A DNA stretch of 64,000 nucleotides, taken from Gemmatimonadota bacterium (GTDB taxonomy: Bacteria > Gemmatimonadota > Gemmatimonadetes > Palauibacterales > Palauibacteraceae). Positions 1-9,240 of the stretch are shown piece after piece. The stretch is taken from the NCBI GenBank assembly GCA_039588275.1, contig JBDHAC010000002.1, positions 21,127 to 85,126 on the forward strand. Reading direction: 5' to 3'. The notes under the pieces were generated by a model. It ran no database searches, was not told the origin of the DNA, and saw only the letters and a program-made list of their open reading frames with translations. The stretch's first letter is position 1. Each line of letters starts with the position of its first letter. The translations under genes and the position numbers were made by a program.

Positions 1-553
1 CGCCGAGTGCGGGACGGGGCTCGAGATGGTCCGCGGTGTCGAAGTCGGAAACATCTTTCAGCTCGGGACCAGATACTCGGAGGGGCTCGGGGCCTTCTTC
101 ACGGACGAAGATGGATCGGAGAAGCCCATTTACATGGGCTCGTACGGGATCGGCCTTGGTCGGCTGTTAGCCTGTGTGGCCGAAGAATACCGCGACGAGC
201 GTGGGTTACGACTCCCGATCTCGGTTGCACCCTATCAGGTGAACCTCGTGTCGCTCGCTCGCGCGCCCGACGGAGCCGAAGCGGCGGAGTGCATCTTCAC
301 GGAGCTGGTGGATGCGGGCTTCGAGGTGCTGTACGATGATCGCGACGACGCCAGCGCGGGCGTGAAGCTCACCGATGCGGACCTGCGGGGGCTGCCGCTC
401 CGTGTCGTGATCGGCGAGCGCTCGCTGGAGCGCGGCGGGGCCGAGCTCAAGCGGCGCACCGACGACGAAGCGCGCGTTGTGGCTCTCGATCGGCTCGTAG
501 CCGAAATCCGAGCCGAGATCGAAGCGCTCGAGGCCGAGCTCGCCCTCGACTGA
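1..553 (+). CDS. proS: prolyl-tRNA synthetase, C-terminal fragment (5' end upstream of window)
   Basis: The frame is open from the window edge. The translation AECGTGLEMVRGVEVGNIFQLGTRYS...PIYMGSYGIGLGRLLACV...APYQVNLV matches the class II ProRS catalytic motif-3 region plus the anticodon-binding domain. Stop at 551-553. Confidence 0.85.
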   Translation, partial: AECGTGLEMVRGVEVGNIFQLGTRYSEGLGAFFTDEDGSEKPIYMGSYGIGLGRLLACVAEEYRDERGLRLPISVAPYQVNLVSLARAPDGAEAAECIFTELVDAGFEVLYDDRDDASAGVKLTDADLRGLPLRVVIGERSLERGGAELKRRTDDEARVVALDRLVAEIRAEIEALEAELALD

Positions 554-619
554 TCGCTCGCGTTTCAGGCCGGCCGCCTGCGCTCCGCATTCGCGCGCGA
601 ACCGACGCGCGGAAGACAC

Positions 620-2218
620 CTAGGGAACGATCTGGGTCTCGGTCGACTCCTCTGCGGCGCCCGCGGCCCCGCGCCCGATCGCGTCCAGCAACGCGCGCTT
701 CACCTCGACGGTCGCGGCTCTGCCACCAGGCAACAGGATCCAAGCGAGCACGTATACGCCGCTGAACAACGCGAGCTCGATCGCGAAAGTGGTCGCGAGC
801 CCCAGGCCTCCCAGCGCTAGCCAGGCGACGGCGAACGTCACCGCGCCTCCCATAAACGACGCCAACGCCGGTCGGGTAGCCGCGCCGAAGAACTCTGCCG
901 GCCTGAGCGGCGCCGTACGCAGACAGTACACGACGCTCGGGTAGGTGAGGGCCACGACGGCGACGGTGAAGCCGACGGCCACCCCCATGGGCCCCCACAG
1001 GGCACCGACGAGGAGCGCCGCGACGGTGGCCAGCGTTTGGAACACGCTCCAGCGGAACTGGCGACCCGTCTCGCCCAGCGAGTTGTAGACCCACTGATTG
1101 AGGCGGTTCAGTCCCCCCGCGAACGCGGCCACCGCCATGAGTCGTACGTAGGGCACGGCGTCGAGCCACTGATCGCCGAAGAGGACGAGAACCACCTCGC
1201 GCGCGCCCACGAACATGAAGGCGGTCGCGGGCATGGTGAGCGCCAGGATCGAGGCCAGCCCACCGCGCACGATCCGCCTGTACTCCTCGGGCTCGCGCTG
1301 CACGCGGCTGAAGCTTGCGACCGCCACATCGGACAGGGATTGATGAAGCTCGAGGTACGGCAGCCAGGCCCAGCGGCGCGCGCTGTCGTACAGACCGAGG
1401 ACGGGAGCTCCTCCGAGCAGGCCGACGAGCACCCGATCCAGCTGCGCCCCGAGCCACGCCACGACCCGGAAGCCGGATAGGCCTCTGCCATACGTCAGCA
1501 TGCTGCCCGTTCCATGGTTCTCGCCGACTGCCAGACGCCTCGGCCTCGAGGGCCGCCAGCCGCAGAGCATCCAGGCCCCGATCGCGCGCGCCACGGACAT
1601 CGCGAGGATGTCGTAAACGAGAGCCCAGTAGCCTGCCCCGAGCGCCGCGGCAACGATGGCGACCATGACGCCTATTGCCATCGCCGCCGTGTGGATCGAC
1701 ACCAGGGTCCCGAACCGCATCTGACGCTTCAGGAGCGTTTCGTGGAACGCACCCACGTTCATCAGGTACAGCGCCGCCGCCCAGACCAGCGTCACTCCGG
1801 TGACCCGCGGATCCCCGTAGAAGCTGGCCAGCAGAGGTCCGAGGAGGGCCATCGCTCCCAGCAGCAGCAGGTTGACCCAGCTCGAGAACCAGAACAGCCG
1901 TGAGAGTCCCTCGTGGTCCAGGTCCTCGCGCTGAAGCGCGGCGATATGCAGACCGAGGTTAATCAGCCCATGCAGGAGGATCGTGATTGGGAGGACCAGC
2001 CCCCTGACCCCGAAGTCTTCCGGCGTCAGGAGGCGAGCGAGCACGGCGATCGACCCGACGCGCAGGAGCATCTGGAGGACGCGCCCCCCGACCGCGTAGA
2101 TGCCCGAGCTGGCCGAACGTCGGGTGAGCTCGGCGCGCACGGCGTCGGTGCGAAAGTGTCTGTCGCCGCTTCCGGGTGGGGCCATGTCCCCCACGTTAGC
2201 TGGTTCTCGCCTCTCCAC
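620..2218 (-). CDS. polysaccharide-biosynthesis / MOP-superfamily (Wzx-like) flippase
   Basis: 532-aa ORF with many hydrophobic segments. The N-terminal SASSGIYAVGGRVLQMLLRVGSIAVLARLLTPEDFG resembles the conserved start of Wzx/polysaccharide-biosynthesis transporters. It is the last gene of the minus-strand string 8877->620. Confidence 0.65.
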   Translation of the reverse strand: MERREPANVGDMAPPGSGDRHFRTDAVRAELTRRSASSGIYAVGGRVLQMLLRVGSIAVLARLLTPEDFGVRGLVLPITILLHGLINLGLHIAALQREDLDHEGLSRLFWFSSWVNLLLLGAMALLGPLLASFYGDPRVTGVTLVWAAALYLMNVGAFHETLLKRQMRFGTLVSIHTAAMAIGVMVAIVAAALGAGYWALVYDILAMSVARAIGAWMLCGWRPSRPRRLAVGENHGTGSMLTYGRGLSGFRVVAWLGAQLDRVLVGLLGGAPVLGLYDSARRWAWLPYLELHQSLSDVAVASFSRVQREPEEYRRIVRGGLASILALTMPATAFMFVGAREVVLVLFGDQWLDAVPYVRLMAVAAFAGGLNRLNQWVYNSLGETGRQFRWSVFQTLATVAALLVGALWGPMGVAVGFTVAVVALTYPSVVYCLRTAPLRPAEFFGAATRPALASFMGGAVTFAVAWLALGGLGLATTFAIELALFSGVYVLAWILLPGGRAATVEVKRALLDAIGRGAAGAAEESTETQIVP

Positions 2219-2230
2219 CCGGCCTGCGGA

Positions 2231-3085
2231 TCAGCCGGCCTCGTCCGCCGTAGCCTGCCAGGGTGCAAGCCAAATGGCCAGACCCCCCAACCCAAGGTTC
2301 AGGGTCACGCCGAACAGCGCGATCACGACGAGGACCGCGTACAGCAGCTCGACGCGTAGGACCTCCCACGAGAGCCAGATCAGGGCGCCGAGTCCGCTGT
2401 CGGCAGCCACGATCTCTACCGCGATCGTGACGAGAAACGCCACGTTCGCCGAGAGCCGTAGCCCGCTCAGCACCATCGGCAGACTGCCGGGCAACACGAC
2501 GCGGGTGAACACCTTACGTCGGCTTGCGCCGTAGTTCCGAGCCACCTCGAAGTAGAGCGGGCTGATGCGACGCACCCCCGCCATGGCGTTGATCAGCATT
2601 GGGAAGAAGGCCGCGATCGCGACCACCGCGATGCGGGACGCCTCGCCGATCCCGAGCACGATCATGAGGAGCGGCAGAAGCGCGATCTTGGGGATGGGGT
2701 GCAGCGCGGCGATGAACGGATCGACCACCCTCCGTACCGAGGGTGAGCGCCCCATCGCGACCCCGAGCAGCAGCCCCGGGACGACACCGATCATGAGCCC
2801 CGGAACAACTCGGGTCAGTGTCGCCCACAGGTTCGACCCGAGCTCTCCGCGAAGGATCGAGGTCCAAAGGGCCACCGCGACCTCGGACGGCGCGGGCATG
2901 TACAGCGTCGGCACGAGACCGAACCGCGCCGCCGCCTCCCACAGGGAGAGGACTGCCAGGCCCACGAGCACAGGCGCCCAGATCCGAGCCGAGCCGCGCG
3001 CTCCGCGCTCCCGGCTCCGGTGGGTCAGCTCGGGCCGGAGAAGCTCTTCCGAACCTCGTCTCTCAGCAGTTGCCAAATGTGCCAT
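2231..3085 (-). CDS. ABC transporter permease, NitT/TauT (SsuC/TauC-like) family
   Basis: Hydrophobic 284-aa ORF. The loop ARNYGASRRKVFTRVVLPGSLPMVLSGLRLS is typical of sulfonate/nitrate/taurine-type permeases. The start is uncertain because 3085 overlaps the upstream ATPase gene by 61 nt. Confidence 0.8.
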   Translation of the reverse strand: MAHLATAERRGSEELLRPELTHRSRERGARGSARIWAPVLVGLAVLSLWEAAARFGLVPTLYMPAPSEVAVALWTSILRGELGSNLWATLTRVVPGLMIGVVPGLLLGVAMGRSPSVRRVVDPFIAALHPIPKIALLPLLMIVLGIGEASRIAVVAIAAFFPMLINAMAGVRRISPLYFEVARNYGASRRKVFTRVVLPGSLPMVLSGLRLSANVAFLVTIAVEIVAADSGLGALIWLSWEVLRVELLYAVLVVIALFGVTLNLGLGGLAIWLAPWQATADEAG

Positions 3086-3852
3086 GCAATCTCGGCCACG
3101 TGTCTGGGGTCGCGCACGCCGGAGCGCGGCCGTGGGACGGTGACCGGGATCTCCTCCCGGATGCGACCCGGTCGGCCGGTCATCACGAGGACGCGGTCAC
3201 CCATTCGAACCGCCTCCTCCAGATCGTGCGTCACGAACACCACCAGCTTTCGGTCCTCCCGCCATATGCGAAGCAGCTCTTCCTGGAGGAGGAGCTTCGT
3301 TTGGGCATCCAGTGAGCCGAAGGGCTCGTCCATCAGCAAGATCGGTACGTCCGTCACGAACGCGCGCGCGATCCCGACGCGCTGGCGCATCCCGACGGAG
3401 AGCTCGGAGGGATAGTTGTCCGCGAAGGCGCCCAATCCGACGCGGTCCAGGAATGCACGGGCGCGGCCGCGGCGCTCACGCCGCGCGACGCCTCGCATCT
3501 CGAGGCCGAATGCCACGTTGTCCGCGACCGTCATCCACGGGAATACGCCGTGCTCCTGGAAGACGAGCGCGTTACGCGGCCAAGCGCGTCCGTTCTCGGG
3601 CGTCCACCACTCATGCTCGATGCCGAACTCCACCCTCCCGTCGGTGGGCCGAAGCAGGCCCGCGACGATCTTCAACAACGTCGTCTTGCCGCACCCGCTC
3701 GGGCCGACCACGCAAACGAACTCGTGCGGACTGGCGCGGAACGAGATTCCGTCCAATGCCTGGATCGGCGCCCGACGAGTGTCGAACGTGTGCGAGACTT
3801 CGAGGCAAGCGAGCCCCGGTGCCCTGGTCGCGAGCCGGGCCGAGTCGCTCAT
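3025..3852 (-). CDS. ABC transporter ATP-binding protein, NitT/TauT family
   Basis: Walker A GPSGCGKTTLLK, ABC signature LSVGMRQRV and Walker B ILLMDEPFGSLD. At 275 aa it matches single-domain SsuB/TauB-type ATPases. Confidence 0.9.
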   Translation of the reverse strand: MSDSARLATRAPGLACLEVSHTFDTRRAPIQALDGISFRASPHEFVCVVGPSGCGKTTLLKIVAGLLRPTDGRVEFGIEHEWWTPENGRAWPRNALVFQEHGVFPWMTVADNVAFGLEMRGVARRERRGRARAFLDRVGLGAFADNYPSELSVGMRQRVGIARAFVTDVPILLMDEPFGSLDAQTKLLLQEELLRIWREDRKLVVFVTHDLEEAVRMGDRVLVMTGRPGRIREEIPVTVPRPRSGVRDPRHVAEIAWHIWQLLRDEVRKSFSGPS

Positions 3853-3854
3853 GG

Positions 3855-6005
3855 TTATGGCGCCACCCGCACCCGAAGACCGCCGCTCACGGTGAGCGGC
3901 GCCCCTACGCGAACGTATCCCGTTCGGGCTCGCGAGATCTCGTATTCCGTGTCGAACAGGTTTTCGACGGTCGCGAAGGCACCCACCGTCCGGGTCAGCT
4001 GGCGGGCCACGCGCAGGTCGAGGATGAGCGAATCATCGATCCGTGCGAGATTCGTGTCCTCCTCGAATCGCGGCCCCAGATACCGACCAATGACCGATAC
4101 ATCCAGAAGGTCCGGGTCGGAGTACCCGATCCGGAGTACGCCTTGGTGGACGGCGGTCCGGATAGCGCGGTTCCCCACCAGCTCCTCGCGGCCGGGCGCC
4201 TCGGTGATCTCGGTCGGGTTGTAGGTGTAGCTCGCCGACAGTCTCCAGGCGGGGCTCGGACGGAGCTCGAGCTCGGCCTCCAATCCCGGGCTGCGCACGG
4301 TGCCGATGTTGGCCCGCTGCTGACACGCTCCCCCGGCCGGGACGAACCCGCACGGTTCGACGGTCTGCGCCTCCTCCACGGTGGCGATCGTCGCCTCGAG
4401 GATCGCGTCCCGGATCTCGGCCCAAAAACCCGTCAGCCGCGCCAAGAGCGTGACCCCGACCTGGTAGTCGACACCGATTTCCGCCCCCAGCATGCTCTCC
4501 GGGTCCAGGGCTGCATTCGCCTCGACGACTACCCCGCCCGTCCGGCGAAACGGCTTGTACAGCTCGTTGCCGTTCGGCACTCGCAGCCCGCTGTAGAACC
4601 CACCCCGCCACGACAGCCGATCGGTCTGATGAATGCGCAGCCCCAGGTTGTGTCTCACATACCATTCGGTTCGGTCGGCGAAGGTCTCGTCGGCACGCAG
4701 GTTTCCCGACGCGAGTTCCTCGATTTGCCGGAAGCCCGCGTAGTTCCGCCACCTGTCGACGCGCACGCCCCCGACGAGCTGCCAGCGTTCGGCCGGGTGG
4801 AACTCGTCCTGAACATACAGTCCGCCCAGGATCTGCTCGCCCCCGGCATGCCTGCGCTGCATCGCGACGCCATCCCGGAACACGAGGTCTTCCCACGCTT
4901 CGCCCTCCACCCACAGGTAGTCCACGCCCGCGCTCAGCCTGTGCCGGCCGAACGCACGCTCCCATTGCAGGCCGGCCCCGATCGCGGTGGACGGCACGTC
5001 GAACTGATCCACCGTAAGCCGCTCGCTGGATCGTGTCTCGTCGACCGAGGAGAGCCCGTTCGCGTAGGTTTGCAGATGCGTAAACGCGTGGGCGCTGAAC
5101 CGTGAACCATCGGGCGCGTCGAGCGTCGCCCCCACGCGCCCGAAGCCGACCTCGGTCGTGTTGGGCTGGAGTTCCGTGGTATGGAGCTTCTCCTGATCCA
5201 GGTAGCCCCCCTGCACGTGTAGCCGGACGGCCGGCGATGCTTCGAACTCGACTTTCCCGTTGAAGGTGAGCGTCTGGGACGCGTTGGGAACATCGACCTC
5301 ACCCCGCTGGTCCTCGCGCGTCATGATGTAGCCGTCGGAGTCGAAGTACTCTCCTGACAGCAGCACGCCCATGCGACCGGTCCGGATCGCGCCGACCCCG
5401 TCGGCTTGAATCGTCTGGAGGCTGCCGCCTTGCAAGCCGAGCGAGAGCGCGGTCTCGCTCGGGCGGCGCGTGATGATGTTGATGACGCCACCCAGTGCGC
5501 CGCTGCCCCACATCATCGATCCCCCGCCGCGCACGACCTCCACACGCTCGATCATCTCCAGCGGTACGTGGCTCCAGCGCACCCACCCGAAGAACGGGTC
5601 GTTCAGCGGCACGCCGTCGACCAACACCAGCGCACGGCTCGTGCCCGAGCCGACGAGCCCGCGGAGTCCCACGGGCTGCCACGACGGGTGCGCCGAAGCC
5701 CCACGACTCTCGCGACCCAGCCCGAAGCCGGGGATCTCCTGCAAAAGGTCCTGGAGGTTGTTCGCGGGGGACCGCAGGATCTGGTCACGAGTGACGACGG
5801 TCACGTTGACGGGCACATCGCGCACGCGGGTCTCCGTACGCGTCGCCGTCACGACGAGCTCGTCGAGCGGTTGGACCCGTACGGGTGGCTCCGCTTCAGG
5901 CTCCTGCGCGTGGAGCCTCGCGGTGGAGGCCCCGGCGAGGCCGCCGGCCAGCGTGACAAACAGCCCAACCGCCGGCAAGCTGACGTATCTGCGAACCTGA
6001 ATCAC
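3855..6005 (-). CDS. TonB-dependent outer-membrane receptor
   Basis: Signal peptide (VGLFVTLAGGLAGASTARLHAQ), plug-domain motifs DELVVTATRTETRVRDVPVNVTVV and IERVEVVRGGGSMMWGSGALGGVINIITRRP, then a long beta-barrel region. The preferred start is GTG at 6005, overlapping the upstream stop as GTGA. The ORF-track start at 6068 is the alternative. Confidence 0.85.
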   Translation of the reverse strand: MIQVRRYVSLPAVGLFVTLAGGLAGASTARLHAQEPEAEPPVRVQPLDELVVTATRTETRVRDVPVNVTVVTRDQILRSPANNLQDLLQEIPGFGLGRESRGASAHPSWQPVGLRGLVGSGTSRALVLVDGVPLNDPFFGWVRWSHVPLEMIERVEVVRGGGSMMWGSGALGGVINIITRRPSETALSLGLQGGSLQTIQADGVGAIRTGRMGVLLSGEYFDSDGYIMTREDQRGEVDVPNASQTLTFNGKVEFEASPAVRLHVQGGYLDQEKLHTTELQPNTTEVGFGRVGATLDAPDGSRFSAHAFTHLQTYANGLSSVDETRSSERLTVDQFDVPSTAIGAGLQWERAFGRHRLSAGVDYLWVEGEAWEDLVFRDGVAMQRRHAGGEQILGGLYVQDEFHPAERWQLVGGVRVDRWRNYAGFRQIEELASGNLRADETFADRTEWYVRHNLGLRIHQTDRLSWRGGFYSGLRVPNGNELYKPFRRTGGVVVEANAALDPESMLGAEIGVDYQVGVTLLARLTGFWAEIRDAILEATIATVEEAQTVEPCGFVPAGGACQQRANIGTVRSPGLEAELELRPSPAWRLSASYTYNPTEITEAPGREELVGNRAIRTAVHQGVLRIGYSDPDLLDVSVIGRYLGPRFEEDTNLARIDDSLILDLRVARQLTRTVGAFATVENLFDTEYEISRARTGYVRVGAPLTVSGGLRVRVAP

Positions 6006-7195
6006 TCGTCTTCCTCCTCCGGGCGCGACAGCACCCGGTTCGCGTGCTGTATGAACGACGGATCCCACAGCTCCACGCTCACATCATCCGCGTCCAGGAG
6101 CTGCTCATCCACGTACCAGTTTCGGTAGGCCTCCAGGCTAGGAAGGTCGATGCGTCCGTCGCCGCGGATCGGTGGCCAGCAGATGGCACGCAGCAGGTCG
6201 GGCTCGAATCCGGTGGCCTCGGCCAGCGTCGACACGTTCTCGTCGGTCTTCCCCTCGTTGTACGCCCGAACGCCCGCGAGATACGCGACCATGAATCGAC
6301 GCCCCAGCCCGGGGTCCTCGTCCAGGAGTCTCGGACCGTAGGCAATCAGCGCGTACTGGTGGCCCGGAATCACCTCATCGACGGTCATCCACAACTCGGC
6401 GCCGACCATTCCCCGTGCCTGCGTGATCCCCGGGTCATCCATGAGCGCGACGTCCAGCGTGCTCTCCCGGAGGGCGGCTATCTCGGCTGCCGTGGGCACG
6501 TGTACGGTCTCGAAGTCCGCGAGCGTGAGCCCTTGCCGTGCGAGCGCTTCGGCCACGAAATAGCGCAGCTGTGGCTCGAGGCTGACCGACATGCGTGGGC
6601 GTCGCCCACGCACCAGGAGCTCCGACGCCCTCCCTTCGTGCGCCCTGCCGGTCGAACCGACCCCGGATGCCTCGTTTCGGTCTGCGATCGCGCGTTCGAG
6701 CTCCTCCACAAAGCCGGGTCGGGCCACGAGGGCGGTGAACGGACAACCTCCGGGTTCCACGTAGCCCTTGTCCGCGACGAACCGGAGTCGGGCACCGCGG
6801 CCGATCGCGTGAAAGAATGCGGGCGTGAGAAGGCCGGGGAGCACATCGATACCCCCGCGCTGCAGGAGCGGAATCGATGACGCGGTCGACGGCGTCTCGA
6901 CGAACTCCACCTCGAGGCCTTGAGCGGCGAATAAGCCCCGTGCCCGTGCGATGTGCAGGGGGGCGAAGGTCAGTACTGCTCGCATCACGACGCGAACGCG
7001 GGCGACCTCGCGTTCCGCCGCCAATGCGCCCGCGGGATCCGGTCGAGTGGTGGCGCGGGACTCGTCTCCACCCGCGCGGTCCGGGTGGCCGCAGCCGGAA
7101 GCGGCTGCGGCCACCGAGGAGAGCACGAGCACGAGCCCCGTGCGGGGCATCACCGGGCGCACCGACGTAGGGGGCCGACTTCCATGGGCTCTCAC
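6002..7195 (-). CDS. ABC transporter substrate-binding lipoprotein, NMT1/THI5-SsuA-like
   Basis: Lipobox LVLVLSSVAAAASGC. The body (FAPLHIARARGLFAAQGLEVEFVE...GGIDVLPG...RFVADKGY) resembles NMT1/THI5/SsuA-type binding proteins. GTG start at 7195 overlaps the upstream stop (GTGA). Confidence 0.7.
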   Translation of the reverse strand: MRAHGSRPPTSVRPVMPRTGLVLVLSSVAAAASGCGHPDRAGGDESRATTRPDPAGALAAEREVARVRVVMRAVLTFAPLHIARARGLFAAQGLEVEFVETPSTASSIPLLQRGGIDVLPGLLTPAFFHAIGRGARLRFVADKGYVEPGGCPFTALVARPGFVEELERAIADRNEASGVGSTGRAHEGRASELLVRGRRPRMSVSLEPQLRYFVAEALARQGLTLADFETVHVPTAAEIAALRESTLDVALMDDPGITQARGMVGAELWMTVDEVIPGHQYALIAYGPRLLDEDPGLGRRFMVAYLAGVRAYNEGKTDENVSTLAEATGFEPDLLRAICWPPIRGDGRIDLPSLEAYRNWYVDEQLLDADDVSVELWDPSFIQHANRVLSRPEEEDE

Positions 7196-8877
7196 AGCTC
7201 GACGCTCCCAACTCCTTCGCGCACAGGTCCATCCGGTGCTTCGTCGCGCGGTGACGGGCCTGGGCTCGGGCGGTCAACTCCGCCGACACCCAGCTGCAGA
7301 GGCAAGAGCTTGCCCCTCGGGGTCCACACGGGTTCCATGCGCCGCACGCGCAGTGTCCCGGCCTGGCTCCAGATCGCCTTCGAGATGCCCGCGTCCGCCT
7401 CTCCGCGCCCGAGCGCCTCCAGCACCAGTTCGATGACCGCGGCTTCGTCCGCGATCTCGACCCGAGGGCTCACCACGACGCTCAAGCGCGTGAACCCACG
7501 CTCGTCCTCCTCCTCGAGGAGCTGGTAGTCGAGCGCGCTGCCCCCGAAGCGCGCCGGCAGCACTTCCTCCAGGATGCGCACCATGTCGTTCCCGACCAGC
7601 GTAACGCCCTCCCCGGTCAGCTTGCTGAAGCTCCTGATCTTCCGGATGTGGCGGTGCAGGCCCAGCTCCTCGAACGGGCATCCGCAGGAGCGCTCCTCCA
7701 CGACGCCGTAGTCGTCGATCTCCACGTTGAGGAGGAGCTTCGGGGCGGTCGGAAGCAGGGTCGTGAAGTGGAAGGACTCCACCTTCATGTCGAATCCCGG
7801 CACCGGTCGCGGGTGCTGGATAAGACCCAGGTGATGCTCCATGAAATGGAGATCGTCGTCGCCGGCCGGCTCCATACAGGCCAGCGCGATCGCCCCCGCT
7901 TCCGCGAAGTGGTAGCCCGAGATGAAGCGCGCACCGGTGCGGGTGATCTCGCGCACCTTGGCTTCCGTCGGGGGCTCGCCGCCCCCCATGATGAGGGCCC
8001 CGGTCAGGTCGATGCCCAGCTCCTGCGCGGCGAGGCATACCCGGAGGGCGCGGCTCACCATGGTTCGAAGGCCGCACTGACCGTCGCGCGCGAGCGTCTC
8101 GCCCATCCAGCGCGCGATCACATCGGCTCGGTCCAGCGGGACCGGCTCCGGCATCGGGATCCGCGCGCCGGCGGCGCGAGCGACCATCAGAATCCCACGC
8201 TGCGCCATACGGAACCTGCGGGGCACGCTCCGCGTCGGGCCGGCTACGGGCGTGAACCAGCGCTCGGGCACGATCTGTCCGGGCACACGATTCAGGACGC
8301 TGCCCAGACCGGTTCCGGGAAGCCCCTCGAACCATATGGCGGTCGGGATCCGGCCAAACCCGTGGATGGTCTCCACGACCTTGTGGGCGATCGAGGCGAC
8401 GGCGAGGTGGTCGATGTCCATCGCGACCTGCCGCGCCTTCCCTGTCGAGCCCCCGGTCGACATGTGGTAGTAGCGGGAGATGAACGGGTTGTCGAAGTCT
8501 CGGCTAGCGGCCGCGATCTGTTTCCCGCCGCGGAGGATGGGTACACGGCCCTTGAACTCTTCGAAGGTGACGTAGACGCCTGCATCGCGGAGCGTCTGGA
8601 GCGCCCCTTCCAAGCCTTTCAGCCGCACCTCGTCGCGCAGGTCGCCGAACTCGCAGCCGGCGAGTTCCAGCATCTGGCGATACGGGCTGCGGTCGTATCC
8701 GAAGATCCCGCGCTCGGCGACGCGAAGGAAGTTCTCCTCCCGCTCCTCCACCCACTGGCGGAACGTGGATCTCGCCTCTTCCAGCGAGATCCGGCTCCGC
8801 AGGAAGCGTGGGAGACCGGCCAGGAATCGGAGGTAGTTGTTCAGGTCGCCCAGCAGCCTCACGCGCGATTCTCCCAC
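7192..8877 (-). CDS. adenylate-forming enzyme, PaaK/CapK/coenzyme-F390-synthetase-like family
   Basis: 561-aa ORF with GTG start. It carries the AMP-binding-type motif HMSTGGSTGKAR and a PaaK/CapK-like overall layout (YVTFEEFKGRVPIL...GYHFAEAGAIALAC...SKLTGEGVTLVGNDM). First gene of the six-gene operon. Confidence 0.6.
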   Translation of the reverse strand: MGESRVRLLGDLNNYLRFLAGLPRFLRSRISLEEARSTFRQWVEEREENFLRVAERGIFGYDRSPYRQMLELAGCEFGDLRDEVRLKGLEGALQTLRDAGVYVTFEEFKGRVPILRGGKQIAAASRDFDNPFISRYYHMSTGGSTGKARQVAMDIDHLAVASIAHKVVETIHGFGRIPTAIWFEGLPGTGLGSVLNRVPGQIVPERWFTPVAGPTRSVPRRFRMAQRGILMVARAAGARIPMPEPVPLDRADVIARWMGETLARDGQCGLRTMVSRALRVCLAAQELGIDLTGALIMGGGEPPTEAKVREITRTGARFISGYHFAEAGAIALACMEPAGDDDLHFMEHHLGLIQHPRPVPGFDMKVESFHFTTLLPTAPKLLLNVEIDDYGVVEERSCGCPFEELGLHRHIRKIRSFSKLTGEGVTLVGNDMVRILEEVLPARFGGSALDYQLLEEEDERGFTRLSVVVSPRVEIADEAAVIELVLEALGRGEADAGISKAIWSQAGTLRVRRMEPVWTPRGKLLPLQLGVGGVDRPSPGPSPRDEAPDGPVREGVGSVEL

Positions 8878-9240
8878 CGACTGGAGCGGCGCCGTGCCGG
8901 GGCGTCGAGGGGCGCAGCGGTCCCTCGTCCACCACCCCGCACCGGTCAGCTGCCGCTTTTCAGTTAGTCCAGGCTAGCTTCAGGTGGCAGGATGCAGGCC
9001 GCCCGCCATCGGTCGACCGAGAGGGTGGGGATTCGCCGTCTTGCAGGGGTAATCGTGGTGTGGAAGAGTATTTGTGACCGACTCCGTCGGGTGGCCTGCG
9101 GTCCCGAAGCGGCACGCCCGTTGCTTGTCGGTGCGTGGGTGTTGTCGCGATGCAACACCTGCCGCGGTTCTAACGCGGCCCGTACCCCGGGTCATCGCGC
9201 ACGCCCCTGTGATGGGACTTTGGTCGGACCGTGGTCGGAC

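Noticed and set aside
3312-5105. 597-aa plus-strand ORF, together with similar long ORFs on the track: 447-1457 (-), 16212-17417 (-), 19170-20411 (+), 31406-32536 (-), 35684-37474 (+), 39739-41316 (+), 42860-44500 (+), 52116-53258 (-), 53849-54904 (-), 59444-60439 (+), 62073-63185 (+)
   Set aside because: They lie antisense to, or out of frame with, genes that have unmistakable family signatures (TonB receptor, thiC, lpd, carbamoyltransferase and others). Their translations are Arg/Pro/Gly/Ala-rich low-complexity strings, typical of shadow ORFs in high-GC DNA, and they carry no recognisable motifs.
8878-9240. Possible cobalamin or TPP riboswitch, or RNase P-like RNA (AAAGUCC motif near 9215), in the long leader upstream of the TonB/ABC operon
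   Set aside because: Only short fragments resemble the consensus cores. The obligatory elements are missing: GGGAA...CCCCCGC.ACUG and the B12 box for cobalamin, CUGAGA...ACCUGAUCUGG...CCAGCG for TPP, and GGAAAGUCCGGGCUCC / ACAGAACCCGGCUUA for RNase P. A covariance-model scan would be needed to revisit this.
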